This document shows positions 1 to 9,848 of a DNA stretch of 64,000 bases, one piece after another. A program made the translations under genes and the position numbers. Positions within the stretch are counted from its first letter, which is position 1. Every line of letters begins with the position of its first letter. The notes beneath the pieces are model-generated. The model saw nothing but the letters and a program-made list of their open reading frames with translations. It was not told the DNA's origin and did not search any database. The stretch covers positions 6,578,695-6,642,694 of the forward strand of contig CM082591.2 in NCBI GenBank assembly GCA_040954595.2. The letters are read 5' to 3'. The DNA is from Balanoglossus misakiensis (Eukaryota > Animalia > Hemichordata).

Positions 1-1
1 T

Positions 2-1783
2 TCACTGGTCGAATACAACACCGCCAAGTCGGTTGACCCCGCCTCCGTTCAGCCACCGGTCTACTGCAGCAAACACCCAGACTACAAGATCGAATTCCAC
101 TGCGATACATGCGACAAGGCGATCTGTCTGAAGTGCACGGCGTTGGATCATTGCAAACCCGATCACCAGTACCGTTGTGTGAAACAGGCAGCCGAAGCCT
201 ACACCGAAGATTTGCTAACGACCATTGACAAAGTGAAAACGAAAGAAACTCAGGTCAGTGAGAGCACGATAGCTGTTACCCAAGTATCGACATCCTTAGA
301 CGAGAGCTTCAGGAGAGAAGGCGACCAACTGAGAGAACACATCCGTAAAACAATCGAAGAACTCACTCGTCTGATTCAAGAAAACGGCGACAAACTTCTG
401 AAAGAACTGAAAGACGAATACGACAGGCGAAAATTGAATTTAAACGCGCAGCTGAAAGAAATGGAAGTTTGCCAGAATGATCTGTCGCACGCGAGAGAAT
501 ACGCCGAGAAACTGGTTCACCATGGCAACGCTACGCAGCTGATGACGACAAAGAAAGGGATAGTCAGTCAGATGACAGAATTGCTGAAATTAGAGACAGA
601 AACCGAACCGATAGAGAGCGACTACCTGAAGTTCGAACCGTGTGATGATTTCTGTACGGAGAAGAAGCTAGGAGCGATAGAGACCACTGCAGTTGCCTAT
701 GAAATAGTGGATGCTCCAAAATTCACAAGAATTGACGAAGAAATCTGCGTCACAATGACGTCACCGGATAAGACAAAAATCGACAAAGTTAACGCTGTCT
801 TGACATCAGGAGAAAAAGTGGAAGTCAGCGATAATAACGACGGGACTCTGAGTTTGAAAACTCGTGCAAACACGGAAGGCGAACATGAACTGTCAGTGTC
901 GGTACGTAAGAAAGTAGTACGGGGTTCACCGGTTAGAATTAAAGTTATTCTTAAGAAGGGGTTGGTGTGTAAATTTGGGGAGAAGGGTACAGGGGTTGGT
1001 CAGCTGAAGGATCCATGTGGGGTAACCCTCACAAGAACAGGAGATGCGTTAGTTTCTGACTTTGATAATCATAGATTGCAATCTTTCAGTGTGGGTGGAA
1101 CACAGCAGAAAATGTTCCAATTTGGAAATTTGGGTAATGCATTTCTACCAAACGATGCAGCTGTGTCAGTGGATGGAAATGTTTTCACAACAGATCAAGG
1201 AAATAAGCAGGTAATTGTCTGTGACGAGAATGGCAAACTGATCAAGTGTTTTGGGAAGGGAAAGATTAAATTGCCGATCGGTATTGGCATAAGTCTTGTC
1301 AATGGGAGGGTTTATGTTGTGGATCTCCATGGACACTGTATTCACATCTACGACCAGGATGGAAATCATATCAAATCATTTGGGAGAGAGGGAAGTAAGG
1401 ATGGTGAGTTTTACTACCCACGGTTTGTCTGCATTGACGACAAAGGCAATGTCTATGTATCAGATACTTTGAACCACCGAATTCAAGTGTTCGATGGTGA
1501 TGGTTACTTCCTGTGTACATTCGGCTCCAAAGGAAGTGGAGATGGTCAGCTGAGTTACCCCCGTGGAGTGGCTGTGGATAAACACGGCTATGTGTATGTC
1601 TCAGACTGGGGCAATAAAAGAATTCTCAAATATGAATCTGGGGGGAAATTTGTCTGTCGTGTTGACAGTGACGACGATGGACTCAATAAACCCTATGGTA
1701 TCTGTGTAACGGATGATGAACCACTTTGTAAGGTTCTGGTTGCTGACTGTGGAAACCAATGTGTAAATGTATTCGCGCAGTAA
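2..1783 (+). CDS. TRIM-NHL protein copy 1 (TRIM2/3-like: B-box2, coiled coil, filamin-like Ig, six NHL repeats), 5' end outside window
   Basis: The frame is open from base 2 (SLVEYNTAKSVDPASVQPPVYCSKHPDYKIEFHCDTCDKAICLKCTALDH, B-box2) into ORF 143..1783. NHL repeats such as FYYPRFVCIDDKGNVYVSDTLNHRIQVF are present. Near-identical to copy 3 in the coiled coil. Confidence 0.93.
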   Translation, partial: SLVEYNTAKSVDPASVQPPVYCSKHPDYKIEFHCDTCDKAICLKCTALDHCKPDHQYRCVKQAAEAYTEDLLTTIDKVKTKETQVSESTIAVTQVSTSLDESFRREGDQLREHIRKTIEELTRLIQENGDKLLKELKDEYDRRKLNLNAQLKEMEVCQNDLSHAREYAEKLVHHGNATQLMTTKKGIVSQMTELLKLETETEPIESDYLKFEPCDDFCTEKKLGAIETTAVAYEIVDAPKFTRIDEEICVTMTSPDKTKIDKVNAVLTSGEKVEVSDNNDGTLSLKTRANTEGEHELSVSVRKKVVRGSPVRIKVILKKGLVCKFGEKGTGVGQLKDPCGVTLTRTGDALVSDFDNHRLQSFSVGGTQQKMFQFGNLGNAFLPNDAAVSVDGNVFTTDQGNKQVIVCDENGKLIKCFGKGKIKLPIGIGISLVNGRVYVVDLHGHCIHIYDQDGNHIKSFGREGSKDGEFYYPRFVCIDDKGNVYVSDTLNHRIQVFDGDGYFLCTFGSKGSGDGQLSYPRGVAVDKHGYVYVSDWGNKRILKYESGGKFVCRVDSDDDGLNKPYGICVTDDEPLCKVLVADCGNQCVNVFAQ

Positions 1784-2405
1784 ATAAGTGTCCATAAGAC
1801 TTCCTGTATTAACAAACAAGCTTTACAAACAACTGTCCCAGTGGGTGATGTCAAAGAAGCAAAATCCGCAACTGTTGACATTAGAGAGAAGATGAACTCT
1901 GGTCTTTCACCTTCGAATGCATAAGCCATAGAAATAGTGGACCAAAGTGACAATTTTAATTTTCAAAAAAAATGTAAACATTGGAAATTATAGTTCCATT
2001 TCTACTCTATGTAACACAGTTTGCTTTTCTTTTTTTTCAAATTCGAGCGGAAAAGCTGTATTTTCCTAGAAATATTCACACAAATAATCTGTATCAACCA
2101 ATCAAGTTTGGTATGAGTATTCCGACACTCTCTGTATTAACTTGGAAGCACTGTTATGTATATTGATTCTTTCTTAAAGTTGTTCTAGTTCTTTTTTATA
2201 AATTTCAAATTTTCAACATCAGTGTCCTACTGGAAATACTATTGCGTTTGATGTATTGCATAAATATAATAAAATCAACAAAATTTAAATATCAACATGT
2301 GAGTGTCTATCAAAATAAAAGAAACCAAAGGACAGCTATGGGACCGAAGCAGATTTTCGTTTGTATTTCTAGATATAACCCCCCCCCCCCCCCACCAGCG
2401 AAGCG
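1784..2405 (+). repeat. Shared 3' UTR/flank of the TRIM genes (also about 5959-6549 and 8997-9605)
   Basis: taaataagtgtccataagact... follows all three stop codons and stays highly similar for about 600 bp, ending at a C-run plus cagcgaa. An AATAAA lies near 2313. Confidence 0.9.
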
Positions 2406-3624
2406 TCAAACAAGCTGGGTGTTTGATGTCGACTACATGGTAAAAATGTTACACTTTTACACGGCTTTCGGCGATATGCCACAGGTATATGAAATAGTCC
2501 AATTGTGACCACGGTGATAATTTTTGGCACTGTGCATTGGGCGGCTTCTTGAAATACTAGAAATGCAGATTTCCCGCAGACCTGATAAACTTTCTGAGAA
2601 TTGCGTTTATATCTTCGGGCTTTGAACCTGGAAAGCCCTACTCAGGGAAAACTAACAAATAAAACAAGTAAAAGATATACATGTAGTGAGAACAGTAAAT
2701 CCAGAATTTTGTATAGAAAAACCATCTGTGCCTTTGGAGTGTGTTCATATTTAAAGGTCACCGTATAGGCTCACCAGTCGCCAGGGACAGACTCATGTCG
2801 TTGGCCATCTGTAAAGTCTGCAGACGGACTAGATTCTGATGATAGACAAATCTGATTCATGCATCAATCCCGTGAGAGACAAACAGAAAGCAAAAAACAA
2901 CCTATACATTTGTCCCAACCCCCAATAAAATCACACAACAGAGGGCAGGCGTGACAGCCCTGATAACCCCAGGACTTCAGGTCAAAGAAACGGATCGATA
3001 TGTGTTCACTTGTCCACTCGACATGTACCAAAGAATTGATTACATCATCGCCCAGATTCCTCCGGGTTTATTTGCATAAACGCGCCGCTGAATACTGGAA
3101 GGTGGCCCTGTGGCTAGTCTGTTAGGGATTCATTGTATAACACAGAGATTCTACATGTGTAGGACGATCATAATATTATAAGCACTATTTCACATATTCT
3201 GTCGAGATCTTCACTCTACGATTCACATTCTTCACAAATGTTCATCATATTTGTCGTTTACAGTGAAGGTGGCTGCAATGCGGACAGCGACTTAGCAATG
3301 TCACTGGCGATAATGGCATTTCATTCATGCAGCACTCAGCTTGCGTCTGACACAACTTTCGTGGTATGAGCATGTACAATGTATATGCATGTTATTAGAA
3401 TCTGCACGGAGGCGTTGTAATGCAATAAATTATTAAGGCCAGTTATCGGCTGGTCCAAAGATCAAAACGAAAAGTTTGTCCAACTCAATAGTGCCTAGCT
3501 ACTGGACTTTAGTTTGCCTCGCCTACATACTACAGTATCACGTACACAGAGTCAATTCGTATGCAAATCACATGACTCCAGATAGACAGGTACAAACTGG
3601 CGCACAATCTAGCCGTTCACCAAA

Positions 3625-5958
3625 ATGGCTGCAAAGGCGACCACCTTTCTGGAGGAAATCAACGAGAATTTTCTCCTCTGTAGTGTATGCTCACAGCGAT
3701 ACCAGAATGCTAAGCTTCTACCGTGTCTGCACACTTTCTGCGAGCCGTGTCTGGGTAAGCTGGCCGGGGGAGGCCGGTCTGTGACCTGCCCGGTGTGTCG
3801 GCGGTCACACCAACTGCCCGCCGACGGTGCAGCCGGCCTTGACAACAACCCGTTCTTGAACGATTTGGTGGACTTGTTCAAGAAACGAGGCGACAAGCTA
3901 GATGATCTGGCGAAATGTGAAGGCTGCAAGCAAGGGGATCAGGTGAAGCACTGCGTGGAGTGTGCCATCGCCATATGCTCCGCGTGTGAAGCCACGCACA
4001 AGGTGCTTCCGCTGACGAGATCCCACCGCCTGATTTCCCTTGACGAGTATCTCTCGGCCAAGTCCTCCGACCCGGCGTCAGTGCAGCCTCCGGTCTACTG
4101 CACCAAGCACCCAAACTACGAGATCGAATTCTACTGCGATACATGCGACGCGGCCATCTGTCTGAAATGTACCGTGTTAGACCATCCAATGACACAGCAC
4201 AAATACAGGTGCGTCAAAGATGCAGCCACAGAGTACACCAAACATCTGACGGCCATGATTGACAAAGTGAAAATGAAAGAAACCGAAGCAAACGACAGCA
4301 AAACTGCCGTGACGTTCACCTTGCAATCCCTGGATACGTGCTTCAAGAAAGAATCCAAGAAACTGAAAGATTACTCTCAGAAAACCATAGAAGAAACGAC
4401 TCGTCTTATTAGAGAAGATGACGACAAACTTCAGACAGAAATGAAGACCGAATACGACTCCAGAAACGTCAATTTGAACGCCCAACTGAAAGAACTGGAA
4501 ATCATGCAGTATGATCTCTCAAATGCACGAGAATATGCCGAGAAGCTGATGAATTATGGCAACGCTGCACACCTGATGTCGGCCAAAGTTGGAATCTCTA
4601 CCAAAGTGAAACAATTACTGAAGGAAGAGAGTAAGTGCGAGCCGAGAGAGAGTGACTACATGGAGTTCAAACCGAGTGGCGACTTCTGCAAGACGAAGAC
4701 CCTCGGTATAATCCAAACAACGATGACGTCTACATCGACGGGTGTGTCGAAGACTCGAACGGATGGAGATAACACCGTAGCCACGGCAACGGGAGACAAC
4801 AGAACGCACGGTTTAGCTTCCGCCGACGCGATCAAATCGGAATCGAAGGAAGTTGAGAGTCCAAAGATGGTGGAAGAGAGAAAAAACGGAACAATGACTT
4901 TGAAGACGGGTGTGTCGAAGACTAGAACGGATGATGGAGATAACACTGTATCCACGGCAACTGGAGACAACAGAACGCACGGTTCAGCTTCTACCGACGT
5001 GGTCAAATCGAAGGGATTTGATGGTGTGGAGAGGGTGAAAGTGAGTAGAAACGAAACAACGACTTTGAAGACTCCAATCCGTAAGAAACCTGTACAGGGA
5101 TCACCAGTTAGAAGTAATGCGGTCCCTAAGAAAGGGCTGATATGTAAATTTGGGGAGTTGGGTTCCGGGGTTGGTCAGCTGCAGTTTCCATTTGGGGTAA
5201 CCCTCACAAGAACAGGAGATGCGTTAGTTTCTGACTTTGATAATCATAGATTGCAATCTTTCAGTGTGGGTGGAAAACAGCAGAAAATATTCCAATTTAG
5301 AAATTTGGGTAATGCATTTGAACCATACGATGCAGCTGTGTCAGTGGATGGGAATATTTTCACAACAGATGGAGGAAATAAGCAGGTAATTGTCTGTGAC
5401 GAGAATGGCAAACTGATCAGGTGTTTTGGGAAGGGAAAGATTAAATTTCCGATCGGTATTGGTATAAGTCCTGTCAATGGGAGGGTTTATGTTGTGGATT
5501 ACAGTTCACACTGTATTCACATCTACGACCAGGATGGAAATCATATCAAATCATTTGGGAGAAGGGGAAGTAAGGAGGTTGAGTTTAACTGCCCATGGTT
5601 TGTCTGCATTGACGACAAAGGCAATGTCTATGTATCAGATGGTAACAACCATCGAATTAAAGTGTTCGATGGTGATGGTCACTTCCTGTATACATTCGGC
5701 TCTTACGGAAATGGAGATGGTCAGCTGAGTAACCCCCGCGGAGTGGCTGTGGATAAACACGGCTATGTGTATGTCTCCGATAGCGGCAATAACAGAATTG
5801 TCAAATATGAATCTGGGTGGAAATTTGTCTGTCGTGTTGACAGTGACGATGATAGACTTAGATTTCCCTATGGTATATGTGTAACGGATGATGAACCACT
5901 TTGTAAGGTTCTGGTTGCTGACTGGGAAAACGACTGTGTAAATGTATTCGCGCAGTAA
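3625..5958 (+). CDS. TRIM-NHL E3 ligase copy 2 (RING, two B-boxes, coiled coil, Thr-rich repeat linker, six NHL repeats), 777 aa
   Basis: C3HC4 RING (CSVC...LPCLHTFCEPC...CPVC), B-box1 (CEGC...CVEC...CSAC...H), B-box2 (CTKH...CDTC...CLKC...H) and NHL repeats. Start context aaaATGG; uninterrupted ORF. Confidence 0.95.
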   Translation: MAAKATTFLEEINENFLLCSVCSQRYQNAKLLPCLHTFCEPCLGKLAGGGRSVTCPVCRRSHQLPADGAAGLDNNPFLNDLVDLFKKRGDKLDDLAKCEGCKQGDQVKHCVECAIAICSACEATHKVLPLTRSHRLISLDEYLSAKSSDPASVQPPVYCTKHPNYEIEFYCDTCDAAICLKCTVLDHPMTQHKYRCVKDAATEYTKHLTAMIDKVKMKETEANDSKTAVTFTLQSLDTCFKKESKKLKDYSQKTIEETTRLIREDDDKLQTEMKTEYDSRNVNLNAQLKELEIMQYDLSNAREYAEKLMNYGNAAHLMSAKVGISTKVKQLLKEESKCEPRESDYMEFKPSGDFCKTKTLGIIQTTMTSTSTGVSKTRTDGDNTVATATGDNRTHGLASADAIKSESKEVESPKMVEERKNGTMTLKTGVSKTRTDDGDNTVSTATGDNRTHGSASTDVVKSKGFDGVERVKVSRNETTTLKTPIRKKPVQGSPVRSNAVPKKGLICKFGELGSGVGQLQFPFGVTLTRTGDALVSDFDNHRLQSFSVGGKQQKIFQFRNLGNAFEPYDAAVSVDGNIFTTDGGNKQVIVCDENGKLIRCFGKGKIKFPIGIGISPVNGRVYVVDYSSHCIHIYDQDGNHIKSFGRRGSKEVEFNCPWFVCIDDKGNVYVSDGNNHRIKVFDGDGHFLYTFGSYGNGDGQLSNPRGVAVDKHGYVYVSDSGNNRIVKYESGWKFVCRVDSDDDRLRFPYGICVTDDEPLCKVLVADWENDCVNVFAQ
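4738..5070 (+). repeat. Intragenic 168-bp (56-aa) tandem duplication in TRIM copy 2
   Basis: acgggtgtgtcgaagact...gactttgaag starts at 4738 and again at 4906; protein TGVSKTRTD(D)GDNTV.TATGDNRTHG appears twice. Confidence 0.9.
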
Positions 5959-6803
5959 ATAAGTGTCCATAAGACTCCCTGTATTAACAAACAAGCTTTA
6001 CAAACAACTGTCCCAGTGGCTGATGTCAAAGAAGCACAATCCGCAACTGTTGACATTAGAGAGAAGATGAACTCTGGTCTTTCACCTTCGAATGCATAAG
6101 CCATATAAATAGTGTACCAAAGTGACAATTTTAATTTTCAAAAAAATGTAAACATTGGAAATTATAGTTCCATTTCTACTATATGTAACACAGTTTTCTG
6201 TTTTTCAAATTCGAGCGGAAAAGCTGTATTTTCCTAGAAAATCATCTGTATCAACCAATCAAGTTTGGTATGAATATTCCGACACTCTCTGTATTAACTT
6301 GGAAGCACTGTTATGTATATTGATTCTATCTTGAAGTTGTTTTAGTTTTGTTTTAATTTCAAATTTTCAACATCAGCGTCCTACTGGAAATACTACTGAG
6401 TTTGATGTATTGCATAGATATAATAAAATCAAGAAAATTTAAATATCAACATGTGAGTGTCTATCAAAATAAAAGAAACCAAAGTACAGCTATGGGACTG
6501 AAGCAGATTTTCGTTTGTAGTTTTAGATACACCCCCCCGCCTCAGCGAATTTAATGGAAAGATGAGATACAACGTACATGTACAGTTCTGGAAATCATAA
6601 GGTCAAATTGGGTCATTTAAAAGTTCAGCTGAGGACAACGGCTCACGATTCAGAAATTTCTAAATGTCTAAGCCCCACAATGCACCATTGCCCACTTCGT
6701 AGAAATCCATTGTCACACAATAAATTCGTAGAATTTTGGTCACGTGATGGTAACTAGCCAGGTCACGAGTCCGGTAAACAGACGATCAACGAACAGCGCG
6801 ATC

Positions 6804-8996
6804 ATGGCTGCCAAGGATTCCGGGGTTGCGAGGGAAATCGACGAGAATTTCCTCCTCTGTGCTGTCTGTTCAGAGAGGTACAAAAATGCGAAAATTCTAC
6901 CGTGTCTACACACCTTCTGCGAGCCGTGTCTGGGTAAGCTGGCAGAGAAAACTCATGGTGCTGTAAACTGTCCAATATGTCGGCGGTCACACGAGCTTCC
7001 GGGTAATGGCGTGTCCGGCTTCGACACCAGCGGTTTTCTGAACGATTTGGTTGAACTGCTCAATAAACGAGACACTTCGACGTCAACGATGAAGTGTGAA
7101 CTGTGCGAGCAAGGCGTTCGGACCATGCACTGTGTCGAGTGTTCGCTCGAAATGTGTGATGCTTGTTCCAGGGGACACGTAAAAGTCCCGTTGACGAAAC
7201 TGCACCGGCTCGTTTCGCTGGACGAATACAACAGCGCCAAGTCGGTCGACCCCGCCTCCGTTCAGCCACCGATCTACTGCAGCAAACATCCAAACTGCGA
7301 GATCGAATTCTACTGCGATACGTGCGACAAGGCGATCTGTCTGAAATGCACGGCGTTGGATCATTGCAAACCCGATCACCAGTACCGTTGTGTGAAACAG
7401 GCAGCCGAAGCTTACACCGAAGATTTGCTAACGACCATTGACAAAGTGAAAACGAAAGAAACTCAAGTCAGTCAGAGCACGATAGCTGTTACCCAAGTAT
7501 CGACATCCTTAGACGAGAGCTTCAGGAGAGAAGGCGACCAATTGAGAGAACACATCCGTAAAACGATCAAAGAACTCACTCGTCTGATACAAGAAAACGG
7601 CGACAAACTTCTGATAGAACTGAAAGACGAATACGACAGGCGAAAATTGAATTTAAACTCGCAGCTGAAAGAAATGGAAGTTTGCCAGAATGATCTGTCG
7701 CACGCGCGAGAATACGCCGAGAAACTGGTTCACCATGGCAACGCTACGCAGCTGATGACGGCAAAGAAGGGGATAGCCAGTCAGATGACAGAATTGCTGA
7801 AATTGGAGACAGAAACCGAACCGATAGAGAGCGACTACCTGAAGTTCCAACCGTGTGATGATTTCTGTACGGAGAAGAAGCTAGGAGCGATAGAGACCAC
7901 TGCAGTTGCCTATGAAATACTGGATGCTCCGGACTTCAGAAGAATAGACGAAGAAATCTGCGTCACAATGACGTCACCGGTCAAGACAAAAGTCGAAGAA
8001 GTTGAGGCTGTCTTGACATTAAGAGAAAAGATGGACGTCAGCGATAATAACGACGGAACACTAAGTTTAAAAACTCGTGCAAACACGGAAGGCGAACATG
8101 AACTGTCAGTGTCGGTACGTAAGAAAGTAGTACGGGGTTCACCGGTTAGAATTAAAGTTATTCCTAAGAAGGGTTTGGTGTGTAAATTTGGGGAGGAGGG
8201 TTCAGGGGTCGGTCAGCTGAAGGATCCATTTGGGGTAACCCTCACAAGAACAGGAGAAGCGTTAGTTTCTGACTATGGTAATCATAGATTGCAATCTTTC
8301 AGTGTGGGTGGAAAACAGCAGAAAATATTCCAATTTGGAAATTTGGGTAATGCATTTAAAGCATACGATGCAGCTGTGTCAGTGGATGGGAATGTTTTCA
8401 CAGCAGATGAAGGAAATAAGCAGGTAATTGTCTGTGACGAGAATGGCAAACTGATCAGGTGTTTTGGAAAGGGAAAGATTCAATGGCCGCTCGGTATTGG
8501 CATAAGTCCTGTCAATGGGAGGGTTTATGTTGTGGATTGCAGTGCACACTGTATTCACATCTACGACCAATATGGAAATCATATCAAATCATTTGGGAGA
8601 AGGGGAAGTAAGGAGGGTGAGTTTAACTGGCCATGTTTTGTCTGCATTGATGACAAAGGCAATGTCTATGTATCAGATGGTGACAACCATCGAATTCAAG
8701 TGTTCGATGGTGATGGTCACTTCCTGTATACATTCGGCTCTGAAGGAAGTGGAAATGGTCAGCTGAGTAACCCCTTTGGAGTGGATGTGGATAAACGCGG
8801 CTTTGTGTATGTCTCTGATTGCGGCAATAACAGAATTGTCAAATATGAATCTGGGGGGAAATTTGTCTGTCGTGTTGACAGTGACGATGATAGACTTAGA
8901 TTTCCCTATGGTATATGTGTAACGGATGATGAACCACTTTGTAAGGTTCTGGTTGTTGACTGTGGAAACCAATGTGTAAAGGTATTCGCGCAGTAA
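6804..8996 (+). CDS. TRIM-NHL E3 ligase copy 3 (RING, two B-boxes, coiled coil, filamin-like Ig, six NHL repeats), 730 aa
   Basis: The ATG at 6804 (atcATGG, MAAK...) matches the copy 2 start, so the ORF-track GTG start at 6744 is not used. RING CAVC...PCLHTFCEPC...CPIC, filamin-like DNNDGTLSL...GEHELSVSV...GSPVRI, then NHL repeats. Confidence 0.95.
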   Translation: MAAKDSGVAREIDENFLLCAVCSERYKNAKILPCLHTFCEPCLGKLAEKTHGAVNCPICRRSHELPGNGVSGFDTSGFLNDLVELLNKRDTSTSTMKCELCEQGVRTMHCVECSLEMCDACSRGHVKVPLTKLHRLVSLDEYNSAKSVDPASVQPPIYCSKHPNCEIEFYCDTCDKAICLKCTALDHCKPDHQYRCVKQAAEAYTEDLLTTIDKVKTKETQVSQSTIAVTQVSTSLDESFRREGDQLREHIRKTIKELTRLIQENGDKLLIELKDEYDRRKLNLNSQLKEMEVCQNDLSHAREYAEKLVHHGNATQLMTAKKGIASQMTELLKLETETEPIESDYLKFQPCDDFCTEKKLGAIETTAVAYEILDAPDFRRIDEEICVTMTSPVKTKVEEVEAVLTLREKMDVSDNNDGTLSLKTRANTEGEHELSVSVRKKVVRGSPVRIKVIPKKGLVCKFGEEGSGVGQLKDPFGVTLTRTGEALVSDYGNHRLQSFSVGGKQQKIFQFGNLGNAFKAYDAAVSVDGNVFTADEGNKQVIVCDENGKLIRCFGKGKIQWPLGIGISPVNGRVYVVDCSAHCIHIYDQYGNHIKSFGRRGSKEGEFNWPCFVCIDDKGNVYVSDGDNHRIQVFDGDGHFLYTFGSEGSGNGQLSNPFGVDVDKRGFVYVSDCGNNRIVKYESGGKFVCRVDSDDDRLRFPYGICVTDDEPLCKVLVVDCGNQCVKVFAQ

Positions 8997-9645
8997 ATAA
9001 GTGTCCATAAGACTCCCTGTATTAACAAACAAGCTTTACAAACAACTGTCCCTGTGGCTGATGTCCAAGAAGCAAAATCCGCAACTGTTGACATTAGAGA
9101 GAAGATGAACTCTGGTCTTTCACCTTCGAATGCATAATCCATAGAAATAGTGTACCAAAGTGACAATTTTAATTTTCAAAAAAAAATGTAAACATTGGAA
9201 ATTATCGTTCCATTTCTACTCTATGTAACACAGTTTTCTTTTCTTTTTTTTCAAATTCGAGCGGAAAAGCTGTATTTTCCACGAAATATTCACAAATAAT
9301 CTGTATCAACCAATCAAGTTTGGTATGAATATTCCGACACTCTCTGTATTAATTTGGAAGCACTGTTATGTATATTGATTCTTTCTTAAAGTTGTTTTAG
9401 TTTTGTTTAACTTTCAAATTTTCAACATCAGTGTCCTACTGGAAATACTATTGCGTTTGATGTATTGCATAGATATAATAAAATCAACAAAATTTAAATA
9501 TCAACATGTGAGTGTCTATCAAAATAAAAGAAACCAAAGTACAGCTATGGGACCGAAGCAGATTTTCGTCGGTATTTTTAGATACACCCCCCCTCAGCGA
9601 AGCGGCAAAAGCGCTGGGTGTTTGGTGTCGACCACGTACGTACGT

Positions 9646-9647
<2 letters not shown>

Positions 9648-9734
<87 letters not shown>

Positions 9735-9744
9735 AAAGAGAGAG

Positions 9745-9791
<47 letters not shown>

Positions 9792-9848
9792 ATGTATGTA
9801 TGTATGTATTTATGTATGTATGCATGCATGCATGCATGTATGTATGTA
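9648..9848. repeat. Compound microsatellite (GT)n-(GA)n-(GT)n-(ATGT)n
   Basis: Directly visible. Confidence 0.98.

Noticed and set aside
1166-9166. Antisense ORFs recurring in each TRIM copy, and similar ones in the acyltransferase copies
   Set aside because: They are shadow frames conserved only because the underlying DNA is duplicated.
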